NCBI GenBank assembly: GCA_034722055.1
Contig: JAYENL010000067.1
Coordinates: 1 to 45,716, forward strand
Direction of reading: 5' to 3'
Length of the DNA stretch: 45,716 bases
Source of the DNA: Armatimonadota bacterium
GTDB lineage: Bacteria > Armatimonadota > Zipacnadia > Zipacnadales > UBA5352
The position numbers and the translations under genes were made by a program. Positions within the stretch are counted from its first letter, which is position 1. Each line of letters begins with the position of its first letter. Of the stretch, positions 1 to 7,707 are shown piece by piece. The notes under the pieces were generated by a model. It made no database searches. It was given only the letters and a program-made list of their open reading frames with translations, and was not told where the DNA came from.

Positions 1-418
1 CTTGAGACCGAAGGTCTCCAAAGGTAAGGCCGTATGGAGGGGCCGGACCACTGTCCGGCCCGCCGTTCCTTACCTTTACGCACATCGTGGCGAGTGGCGA
101 TTCGCTGTCTGCCGTCCGGAGAGGCCGTCTGAGGCTCCAGCATCGTTCGCTGTAGCCCAAGCCGGCCCGGCCGTTGGCCGTCCAGGCCGCCGATTGCGTC
201 ACTTCGCCCCCAGCGGGCCGACTTCGCGCGCTCCTGAGGAGCGCCCTCAGGCGGCCCCTCCACGGCCAACAGCCCTCCGCTTGAGACCGAAGGTCTCCAA
301 AGGTAAGGCCCTATGGAGAGGCCGAACCACTGTCCGGAGCGCTGTCTGCTGCCGGTACGCGACGGAAGGCCTGCAACGACAGACGACAACGAGGGCGGGC
401 TGGGCAGCCCGCCGCTCC
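1..418. repeat. Cluster of REP-like palindromic elements, including a 58-bp direct repeat (1-58 and 280-337)
   Basis: 1-58 and 280-337 differ at 3 positions. Units of GGAG plus palindrome: 36-61 (GGAG GGGCCGGAC-CACT-GTCCGGCCC), 118-168, 215-261 (minus), 315-337 (degenerate), 394-418 (minus). GAGACC-GAA-GGTCTC hairpins at 4-18 and 283-297. Confidence 0.8.
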
Positions 419-455
419 GTACGATGTAACGGCCCACGCTCCTCGTCAACATCTG

Positions 456-479
456 CTGCCGTCCCCGCGGGGACGACAG
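456..479. terminator. Palindrome downstream of the GH-like gene; possible terminator
   Basis: Perfect palindrome CGTCCCCGCGGGGACG at 460-475, about 45 bp past the stop at 523; no clear U-tract. Confidence 0.35.
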
Positions 480-522
480 TAACCCTTGCCGGGATCAGGG
501 GACCTCGCCCGAACCCGACAAG

Positions 523-3414
523 CTACGGCCGCACTCGTTCCATCGGCACCATCTGCACCGCGTCCACCCACAGCACACCCCGGTTTTCGGGCCGAACGCT
601 CACGTGTACCCGCCGCTCGTCCACCGGGAGTTCGATGCGCATGGCCTGGCGCGCCCACTGCTCGGTCACGTCCACGGTCATCGACGGCGTCTCCTCCCAC
701 GTTCGCCAGCCGCTGGCGCCCACGAAGGCCTGCATGGGGCGGTCGGCCTTGAGATACAGGCTCAGCTCGTAGCTGCCCGCTGCCAGCGACGCCGGGAAGG
801 TCGTGACGGTCAGGCCCTTCCCGTCCGCGGGCGCCCGGATGTACAGCGAGTGCGTGCCCTCGACGGCCTCCAGGGGGTCGGTGCCCCAGCTCGCGCCCGT
901 CTGCGCCGAGTAGCTGACGCGGCAGGCGTCGGGATAGCCGGGGTTGGTTGCCTCCTCAAAGCCGCCGTTGCGCACCAGGCTCTGCGGGTCCAGGGTCACC
1001 GGTCCGACCTCCACCTCGCCCACGCGATAGCGGTAGATGCGGACCCCAAGCGCGTCGATCATGTCCTCGAGGACGCCATTCTCCGACACCGGCACGGCGC
1101 GGTTCTCGAACATGACCTCCGCCGACGCCTCCACGGGCGCGGCCGAGCACTGCAGGCGAATGCTCTTGGGCTCATGCGCGGCGTTCACGCACACCACGTA
1201 GGCCTGCCCGTTGTGGAGCCGGGCGGCCAGGTGCAGGTCTCCGTCGCCGTCGATGGACTCCACCGCCGGCCCAGGCTCATGTGACAGCAGCGCGGGCGTG
1301 AGCTGTCGTATCTCGCGCGCCAGCTTGCGGCACTCGGCCCACATGCCGTCCACGAAGGGGTTGTTGTGCGGGGGACGGCGGATGAAGTACTGGATGCCGG
1401 TGGCCCCGTGAGCGATGGCCATGTAGGTCATGCACCGCTGCTCCTGCCAGGTGGGCTCGCGGGCCCACCCTTCGCCACCGCCGAAGGCCTGCGGCACGCA
1501 CCAGATGGGCATGGTCCCGCCGGTGGCGTTGTCTACCAGGTCCACCGTGTCCGCCACCCGCGTCACCGGGCCGTTCGGGATCGGGTAGGGATCCACCATC
1601 AGGATGTCCATGCCGCCGGCGTACTGATGCGCCTTGCTGGGGACGCAGAACACCATGGTGGTCGGATGGTAGGGGTCGAGCCGCTTGACGTGCCGGTTGT
1701 GATGCACGTAGCGCTCAGGAGGATTGCCCCTGCCGGCCGGCTCGTCGGACAGATACCACGTCAGCAGACCCGGCGCGTCTCGGAAGGCCTCCACCTCCTC
1801 GGACAGCGTCGCATCGACCTCCTCGCTCGGCTCCCGGTCGGTGATCTGGCGCACGTCATAGTGCATGTGCATCCCCACCGCCTCGGCGTGGTCCACGAAG
1901 TCCGCGATGACCGGGCGCTGTTCGCGGCGGAACTCGTCGGGAAAGTTGTGATACACGCAAATCATGTTGAAGCCGAACGCGCCCTCCAGCCGCAGCACGT
2001 ACTGCGGCTCCTGCTGGTCGTAGAACTGCCCGCGGTGAGTGTAGAAGCCGAACGGGAAGAAGGGCTTGCCATTCACGATCAGCCCGCGGGAGCGATAGTC
2101 GATCTTCACTTCGTTGGACTTCGGCGGGGCCTTCGCGAAGCTGGCCCGGCCGACGGCGATGAGCCGGCCATCGCCCATCAGGCGACACTGCACCTCATGC
2201 ATGCCGTCGGGGACACCGGAGAGGTCAATCGGCACCACAGTCTCCTCCCCCTCCACTGCTACCTCGCGCCTCCCGCCCAGCGCCGTCCCCGTCAGTTCCG
2301 CCATCAGCTCCTCGGCGTCCGGGCGCTCATTGAGCGTGATCAGCAGCTCGGCCTCGGTCTCATGGGTGTACAGCGACAGCGACGGCACGAAGCGCATCAG
2401 CGGCACCACCTTCGTGGTCAGAAGCTGCCGGAACAGCACTTCCTCCGCGGCACTCAGCACCGCCAGGCGCAGACCGTAATCACCCGGCTCAGGCAGAGCC
2501 AGCGTCAGCTCCACTTGCCGCGGATCGGCCTGCAGCGGCGCAGTCTCCTGCACCTCAGCGACCTCCTCCTCGGCCCGCATGGCGGTCAAACGCAGGCTGA
2601 CCGCGTCCGGCCCGCCCTCGGCGCTGGCCAGACTCATGCGCACCGACGCGCTCCCATCGCGCACCTCATCCTCCCAGGCGAAGTCCGCCACACGCACGCC
2701 CTCGATGACGCGCGTCGCCGGCTCCAGTGCGATCTCGATCCGCTCGCGGTACGTCTCTCCGTCGGCCAGCTCCTGGTCCCAGCCGAGGAAGAAGCTGCCC
2801 TTGTCCCGGTCGTCGTAGAGCGTCATCCCGTGTGTGGAGGAGAGCGTCCAGGTGCCGAACAGCGAGCCGAAGCTCATCTCTGTCATCCTCGACCACAGGA
2901 CCCGGCGGTCGCCGCGGCCGTAGGTCATCCGCCCGCTCTCCTCGCCCTCCTGCGTCACGACGCGGTAGGCCGCGCCGTCCAGCCACGGCACCGCCGGGCG
3001 CATCCCGAGCTGCAGGTGCGCGTCCTCCAGCCCCCTCTGTCCGAACTCGTGCTCGATGACGATCTGCCCGCCCGGCTCTAACCGCACGGTCTTCGTAAAC
3101 GAGAAGTGCTCGGTCTCGTCGCTGATGACCAGCGTCCGCGCATCGCCCGCTTGCTCCAGCCGCCCGCGGGCAGCGCCCTCCCTGGAGCTGTAGAAGGCCT
3201 GCGCCCACCCCGCGTCGTGAACGGTGTGCTGGGCCGAGTAGGGGACGAAGACTGGAAGGCCGTGGTAGTCGATGGACATGCCCTGCCCGGCGTGCCAGGA
3301 AACGGCCACATCATCGAGCGACATCTCGGCCTTGGACAGGTCCTGGCCGTATGAGGCCGCCGCCAGCACACCGAGTGCAACCACGATCGGCACGCGAATC
3401 GACGTCATCTTCAT
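523..3414 (-). CDS. Large secreted multidomain protein: glycoside-hydrolase-like TIM barrel plus C-terminal CBM4/9-like carbohydrate-binding domain
   Basis: 963-aa ORF with AGGAG RBS and N-terminal signal peptide (MKMTSIRVPIVVALGVLAAASYG). Motifs LIVNGKPFFPFGFY, GFNMI, WYLSDEP, LDPYHP, DILMVDPYP, WCVPQAF, HGATGIQYF; LVRNGGFE...WVDAVQM at the C-terminus. Confidence 0.75.
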   Translation of the reverse strand: MKMTSIRVPIVVALGVLAAASYGQDLSKAEMSLDDVAVSWHAGQGMSIDYHGLPVFVPYSAQHTVHDAGWAQAFYSSREGAARGRLEQAGDARTLVISDETEHFSFTKTVRLEPGGQIVIEHEFGQRGLEDAHLQLGMRPAVPWLDGAAYRVVTQEGEESGRMTYGRGDRRVLWSRMTEMSFGSLFGTWTLSSTHGMTLYDDRDKGSFFLGWDQELADGETYRERIEIALEPATRVIEGVRVADFAWEDEVRDGSASVRMSLASAEGGPDAVSLRLTAMRAEEEVAEVQETAPLQADPRQVELTLALPEPGDYGLRLAVLSAAEEVLFRQLLTTKVVPLMRFVPSLSLYTHETEAELLITLNERPDAEELMAELTGTALGGRREVAVEGEETVVPIDLSGVPDGMHEVQCRLMGDGRLIAVGRASFAKAPPKSNEVKIDYRSRGLIVNGKPFFPFGFYTHRGQFYDQQEPQYVLRLEGAFGFNMICVYHNFPDEFRREQRPVIADFVDHAEAVGMHMHYDVRQITDREPSEEVDATLSEEVEAFRDAPGLLTWYLSDEPAGRGNPPERYVHHNRHVKRLDPYHPTTMVFCVPSKAHQYAGGMDILMVDPYPIPNGPVTRVADTVDLVDNATGGTMPIWCVPQAFGGGEGWAREPTWQEQRCMTYMAIAHGATGIQYFIRRPPHNNPFVDGMWAECRKLAREIRQLTPALLSHEPGPAVESIDGDGDLHLAARLHNGQAYVVCVNAAHEPKSIRLQCSAAPVEASAEVMFENRAVPVSENGVLEDMIDALGVRIYRYRVGEVEVGPVTLDPQSLVRNGGFEEATNPGYPDACRVSYSAQTGASWGTDPLEAVEGTHSLYIRAPADGKGLTVTTFPASLAAGSYELSLYLKADRPMQAFVGASGWRTWEETPSMTVDVTEQWARQAMRIELPVDERRVHVSVRPENRGVLWVDAVQMVPMERVRP

Positions 3415-3433
3415 TCACTCCTGGATGCCTGTC

Positions 3434-3733
3434 TCAGTAGGCCACGAACCGCCGCCCCTCGTCGAGCATCGCCAGGAAGTTCTCCACCGGCACGTAGTTC
3501 GGGACGCTGTTGCCCGTGCCCACAGCCCATCCTTCGCCCGGCAATCACTGCTCGATGACCGCCCGGGTGTACTGCCGTACCTGCGTCTCGCTGCAGCGGC
3601 TGATCACATCCATGTCGATGCCACCGATCGCTGCCAGCCGGTCCCCGTAGAGCCGCTTGAACTCCGCCACCGGCTGGATGCTCAGGATGCGCTCGAACTC
3701 GGGCTCGCGGTCACGCCCCGGCACGGCTCTCAC
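3434..3733 (-). pseudogene. Uroporphyrinogen decarboxylase (URO-D)/methyltransferase-family remnant with internal deletion and in-frame TGA
   Basis: Reads (MRAV)PGRDREPEFERILSIQPVAEFKRLYGDRLAAIGGIDMDVISRCSETQVRQYTRAVIEQ-TGA-LPGEGWAVGTGNSVPNYVPVENFLAMLDEGRRFVAY-stop. The C-terminal part is typical of URO-D-family C-termini; only about 100 codons in total. Confidence 0.75.
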
Positions 3734-3742
3734 CTCGCGCGG

Positions 3743-3938
3743 TCACTCCCCGTGACCGAAGATCAGCAGATGCTCCTCACGGCGTCCGGTCGCCATCCAT
3801 GTCCACCAGGAAGCCGCAGCGCAGGAACTCCCGCTCGCCGTGGTGCTCCGTGAGGTTCACGCGCGTCAGGATGAGGCCTTCATCGAGGCCCTCCGCGTAG
3901 ACCTCCGCGTCCTGCGGCCGCCAGGTGACCGTTCTCAC
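3743..3938 (-). pseudogene. Short gene remnant or small hypothetical protein
   Basis: GGAGG RBS, then GTG at 3938 opens 53 aa (MRTVTWRPQDAEVYAEGLDEG...LVDMDGDRTP) stopping at 3777. A shifted frame continues EEHLLIFGHGE to a TGA at 3743, just before the URO-D remnant. Confidence 0.4.
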
Positions 3939-4098
3939 TGTGCATCCTCCCTGCTGCGGTCGAGACACGCGGTCTTTCGCTCCGCGGGCGGCACAATCCT
4001 CGCCGAGGTCGCGAACCAGCCGGCGCATATGCAGGAGCTGCTCTTCCAGCGGCGAAACGGTGGCCCGCGGGCGTAATGCAGGCCGGCGAGGTGCGACC

Positions 4099-5475
4099 AT
4101 GAGCGACGACACGAAGCTGCGGGCAGGAGCGGCGCAGGTCGATATCACCCCGGAGGCCGGCACACACCTGGCCGGCGCGGTGGGCTATCACCGTCCGGCC
4201 CGGCTGGCGCTGGACCCCCTCCACGCCAAGGCGCTGGTGCTGGAGACGGGCGAGTCTCGGCTGTGCATCCTGGCGCTGGACGTGACCATCATCACTGAGG
4301 AGTGGACGGCCTTCATCCGCGACCGCGCCCAGAGCGTGTTCGGCCTGGAGCCGGACGGCGTCATGGTCCACGCCACCCAGACGCACTCCGCCCCGCCCAT
4401 CGGGCACTTCATGCTTGACCCGGACTTCCCGGAGCTGCCGGAGGGCTTCGAGTGGGTGCGTGGCGGCGACGTAGACTACAGCGAGTGGGCGGCGAACCGC
4501 GCCGTGGACGCCATCGGCCAGGCGGTGGAGAGCGTGGAGCCGGTGGAGATGGCGGCCGCCTCCGGCTCCGACGGCCGCTGGGCCGCCAACCGGCGGGCGG
4601 TGACCACTGATGGTGGCATCACCATGGTCACCGGCACGTGGGCGGAGCCGACAGGCCAGCAGTCGATACGCTACATCGAGGGGCCCATCGACCCCGAGGT
4701 CGGGGTGCTGGTCCTGCGCAGCCCCTCCATCGACATCCCCGCGATCCTGCTGCATCACACCTGCCATCCCGTCTGCGTCTTCCCGCGGCCGCTGGTGTCC
4801 GCGGACTGGCCCGGAGCCTGGGGGGCACAGGTGCAGAGGACGCTTGGCGAGGAGTGCGTGCCCATTGTGCTCAACGGCGCCTGCGGCAACATCAACCCCG
4901 CCGACCGCTCCGACCACCGCCCCATGGCGCGCGGCCTGGCGGAGACCGCGCGCATGATCTTCGAGCGACTCGAGTTCGCTCCCGAGGCCGCCCTCGACTT
5001 CCGGCGGCAGGATGTGCCCATCCCGCTGCGGGAGCTGACCGACGACGAGCTGAGCTGGTGCCAGGAGGTGCTGGATGAGCATCCGGACCCGCCCTGGGAC
5101 GACCAGCGCCCCAACCAGATCGTGCGGGAGTGGATCCAGGCCGCCAGCACCTGGAGCGTGCACCTCCAGCGCCGGCGCGATCCGAACCTGCAGTACGAGG
5201 TGCAGGCGCTGCGCATCGGCGACGCGGCCGTCGTGGGGCTGCCGGGCGAGCCCTTTGCGGAGCTGGGGCTGGCCATCAAGATGGCCTCGCCCTTCTCTCC
5301 CACCTTCCTCGCCCACTGCACCTGCCACTACACCGGTTACATCCCCACGCCCGAGGCGCTGGAGCGCGGCGGCCACGAGGCTACCACGCGCTACTGGGCG
5401 AAGCTGGTGCCGGAGGCCTTCGAGATGATCCGCGAGACCGCGGTGGAGCTGCTGGAGGATATGGCGCGCGGCTAG
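4099..5475 (+). CDS. Neutral/alkaline ceramidase-like amidohydrolase
   Basis: GAGGTG RBS before ATG 4099 (458 aa). Motifs LRAGAAQVDITP, DPLHAKALVL, HATQTHSAP, EGPIDPEV, HHTCHP, SADWPG, NGACGNINP, LPGEPF, GYIPT. Confidence 0.8.
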   Translation: MSDDTKLRAGAAQVDITPEAGTHLAGAVGYHRPARLALDPLHAKALVLETGESRLCILALDVTIITEEWTAFIRDRAQSVFGLEPDGVMVHATQTHSAPPIGHFMLDPDFPELPEGFEWVRGGDVDYSEWAANRAVDAIGQAVESVEPVEMAAASGSDGRWAANRRAVTTDGGITMVTGTWAEPTGQQSIRYIEGPIDPEVGVLVLRSPSIDIPAILLHHTCHPVCVFPRPLVSADWPGAWGAQVQRTLGEECVPIVLNGACGNINPADRSDHRPMARGLAETARMIFERLEFAPEAALDFRRQDVPIPLRELTDDELSWCQEVLDEHPDPPWDDQRPNQIVREWIQAASTWSVHLQRRRDPNLQYEVQALRIGDAAVVGLPGEPFAELGLAIKMASPFSPTFLAHCTCHYTGYIPTPEALERGGHEATTRYWAKLVPEAFEMIRETAVELLEDMARG

Positions 5476-5498
5476 GTGACTCTCTCGCGCGGTGCCCT

Positions 5499-5580
5499 GG
5501 GCCGGGGTGGAACCTGTGAGGTGTCTCGCTTCGCTCGCGACCTCATCCCGCTCGCGTTGCTCGCGGCGGCCCCTCCACGG
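5499..5580 (-). repeat. Dispersed REP-like element
   Basis: Minus strand reads GGAG GGGCCG...CGGCCC with internal hairpins. GGCGGCCCCTCCACGG at 5565-5580 is identical to 250-265. Confidence 0.6.
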
Positions 5581-5652
5581 TATCGCCAAGCATGTTCGCC
5601 GCGAGGCGTAGAAGGGCGAGAGCGGCTGCCGCCCAGAAGGAAGGCTGTGAAC

Positions 5653-6582
5653 ATGGACCTGGAGCCGATCCGAGAGCGCTTCTCGGAGTTCGTGAGCGTG
5701 CTGGAGCCGGACCGGGACGAGCCGGAGTGGTGGGCGGGCGCTCCCTCGGTCGCCCTCGGGCCTGACGCCCGCACCTACCTGGCTGTCCGCATGAGGGAGG
5801 GCCAGTCCCCGCGCGGGCTGCGCGGCTACGAGGTGCGGCTGCTGGCGTCCGATGATGGCATGCAGTTCGAGACCATCGCGCGGCTGCCCCGGGAGGATGT
5901 GCCCATCAACGGCTTCGAGCGCCCCTCCCTGGTCTTCGATCCGGCCAGCGGCCTCTACCGGCTCTACCTGTGCGGGCCGTGGCCTCACGAGGGCGTGGAC
6001 GACTGGTGCATCCTGCGCCTCGAGGACGTCGCGGACCCCGCGCGGCTTGACCCCTCCACCGCCCGGGCCGTCCTCTGCGCCTCGCCGCCGGAGAGCCAGC
6101 GGGATCGCAGCGTGCGCGGCTGGAAGGACCCCTTCGTGTGGATCGAGGGAGGCCGGTGGCACATGCTGGTGATCGGCTACCCCCCGGAGCGCACGTATCA
6201 CTTCGCCTCCGAGGATGGCGACCACTGGCGGCCCTTGGGGGATCAGCCGGCCTTCGACATGGGCGGGTGGCACACCTACTTCACGCGCCCGGCCTGCGTG
6301 CTGCCGCTGGGTGTGGGGTGGCTGATGGTCTACGAGGGCTCGCACCCCACCTGGTTTGACCCGGCCTACAACATCGCCACCGGCCTCGCGTGGAGCGCGG
6401 ACCTGCGCGAGTGGACCGACCTCACGCCCCACGAGCCGCTCCTGCGCAGCACCACGCCGGGCCGCTATCACACCTGGCGATACTCGCACTGGCTGTGGCG
6501 CGACGGTCACCTCTGGGCCTACGCGGAGGTCGCCCGCCCCAACGACACGAACGAGACGCGGCTGTTCCGCGTGAGCCCATGA
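5653..6582 (+). CDS. Five-bladed beta-propeller glycoside hydrolase-like protein (GH32/43/130-like), cytoplasmic
   Basis: AAGGAAGG RBS, ATG 5653, 309 aa. Blade motifs GAPSV, FERPSLV, WKDPFV, TRPACV, WRYSHW; Asp-box-like SEDGDHW and SADLREW. Confidence 0.65.
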   Translation: MDLEPIRERFSEFVSVLEPDRDEPEWWAGAPSVALGPDARTYLAVRMREGQSPRGLRGYEVRLLASDDGMQFETIARLPREDVPINGFERPSLVFDPASGLYRLYLCGPWPHEGVDDWCILRLEDVADPARLDPSTARAVLCASPPESQRDRSVRGWKDPFVWIEGGRWHMLVIGYPPERTYHFASEDGDHWRPLGDQPAFDMGGWHTYFTRPACVLPLGVGWLMVYEGSHPTWFDPAYNIATGLAWSADLREWTDLTPHEPLLRSTTPGRYHTWRYSHWLWRDGHLWAYAEVARPNDTNETRLFRVSP

Positions 6583-6593
6583 AACAGGCCGAA

Positions 6594-6609
6594 TGTTTCA
6601 CGTGAAACA
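6594..6609. promoter_or_regulatory. parS: parS centromere-like site (ParB/Spo0J binding)
   Basis: TGTTTCACGTGAAACA, an exact match to the canonical parS palindrome, inside a 24-bp perfect palindrome (6590-6613). Confidence 0.9.
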
Positions 6610-6671
6610 TTCGTTCGGCCTGCGACAGGTCCCGCTTCATCCTCTCCGGCTGCCTCGAGTCCCAGCCGCCA

Positions 6672-6740
6672 GGAGGGGCGGGCTTCCTTGCCCGCCCGGC
6701 CGTTTGTCGTGGCCGCACGAAGTCGGCCCGGCCGTTTGTC
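6672..6740 (+). repeat. REP-like doublet
   Basis: GGAG GGGCGGGC-TTCCTT-GCCCGCCC (6672-6697), then GGCCGTTTGTC. A second unit GTGGCCGCACGAAGTCGGCCC is followed by the same GGCCGTTTGTC linker. Confidence 0.65.
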
Positions 6741-6876
6741 CTTGTTCGCGCGACGACTTGGCAGCCACCGCTGCGCGACGGCCGCTCAGGCGCCCCGCCA
6801 CACGGCACGCGCGGCGGCAATCCAAAGAACGGGCACACGGATTGAGATGCTGCCATCAGCGTGCCCGTAAGAGGGC

Positions 6877-7707
6877 TCATGCCATGCCCGACAGGTCGGC
6901 GATGATGGCCAGAAGGCCCACCGCCCAGCAGTAGGCGGCGAACCACTTGAGGTTCCGGCTCTGCACCGCGCCGATCACCAGCTTGATGGCCAGGTAGCCG
7001 GTGGCCGCCGCCACCAGCCCACACACCGCGTAGAGGCCCAGCGCTCCGGCTGCCTCCTGTCCGACGAGGTCTGTGAGCTTGAAGACGGTCCCGGCCAGGA
7101 TGGCCGGCACTGACATCAGGAAGGCGAAGCGCGCCGACCACTCCCGCTTGAGCCCCACGCCCAGCCCCGCAGCGATGGTGGCGCCCGACCGCGAGATGCC
7201 CGGCGTGATGGCCGCGAGCTGCGCGAACCCGACCAGCAAAGCGTCCAACGCAGTCGTCTGCCGGTCCGACTTCTCGCGCCGCCCCAGCCGCTCTGCGGTG
7301 ATCAGCGCCGTGCCGGTGACCAGCAAGGCGGCGCCGACCACCCACGGCGTGTTCAGCACCCGCTCCACGGCGTCCTCAACGACCAGCCCGAGGGCCGCGG
7401 GAAGCGTGGCGATGATCAGCAGAAGCAGCAGCCGCCGGCCCCACCCGGGGACCTCCCCCTCCGCGACCTCCCGATGGGGACGAAAGACGTCGCGCACGAT
7501 CTCCACCAGGTCAGCCCAGTAGTAGGCCACCACCGCCACCAGCGTGCCGAAGTGCACCCAGATCACGAACTCCAGGGGCAGCTCCCCCGCCTCACCGCTG
7601 AGCCCGAACAGCCAGTGTCCCAGCGCCAGGTGGCCCGAGCTGGAGACGGGAAGGAACTCCGTCAGACCCTGGATGACCGCCAGGGCGAGGGCCTCAAGCG
7701 TCCCCAT
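6877..7707 (-). CDS. uppP: Undecaprenyl-diphosphate phosphatase (BacA/UppP)
   Basis: QGLTEFLPVSSSGHL, HFGT, PGISRSGATI and ARFAFLMSVPA motifs. ATG 7707 overlaps the end of the upstream gene. Confidence 0.95.
   Translation of the reverse strand: MGTLEALALAVIQGLTEFLPVSSSGHLALGHWLFGLSGEAGELPLEFVIWVHFGTLVAVVAYYWADLVEIVRDVFRPHREVAEGEVPGWGRRLLLLLIIATLPAALGLVVEDAVERVLNTPWVVGAALLVTGTALITAERLGRREKSDRQTTALDALLVGFAQLAAITPGISRSGATIAAGLGVGLKREWSARFAFLMSVPAILAGTVFKLTDLVGQEAAGALGLYAVCGLVAAATGYLAIKLVIGAVQSRNLKWFAAYCWAVGLLAIIADLSGMA

Noticed and set aside
4..297. Paired BsaI sites (GAGACC/GGTCTC) as a synthetic cloning scar
   Set aside because: They are arms of a natural GAA-loop hairpin within the repeat family; no vector sequence is present.
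2..772. 256-aa ORF with an internal repeat
   Set aside because: It is a translation of the palindromic repeat cluster and the antisense of the GH gene end; Arg/Pro/Ala-rich with no motifs.
1366..3081. Long antisense ORFs (also 3880-6510, 12074-14212, 16971-18551, 37989-39593, 39497-40939)
   Set aside because: Shadow ORFs opposite well-supported genes, expected from stop-codon scarcity at high GC3.
3945..3959. 15-mer TCCTCCCTGCTGCGG repeated at 34243-34257
   Set aside because: Both copies include Shine-Dalgarno sequence, and a few such matches are expected by chance in GC-rich DNA.
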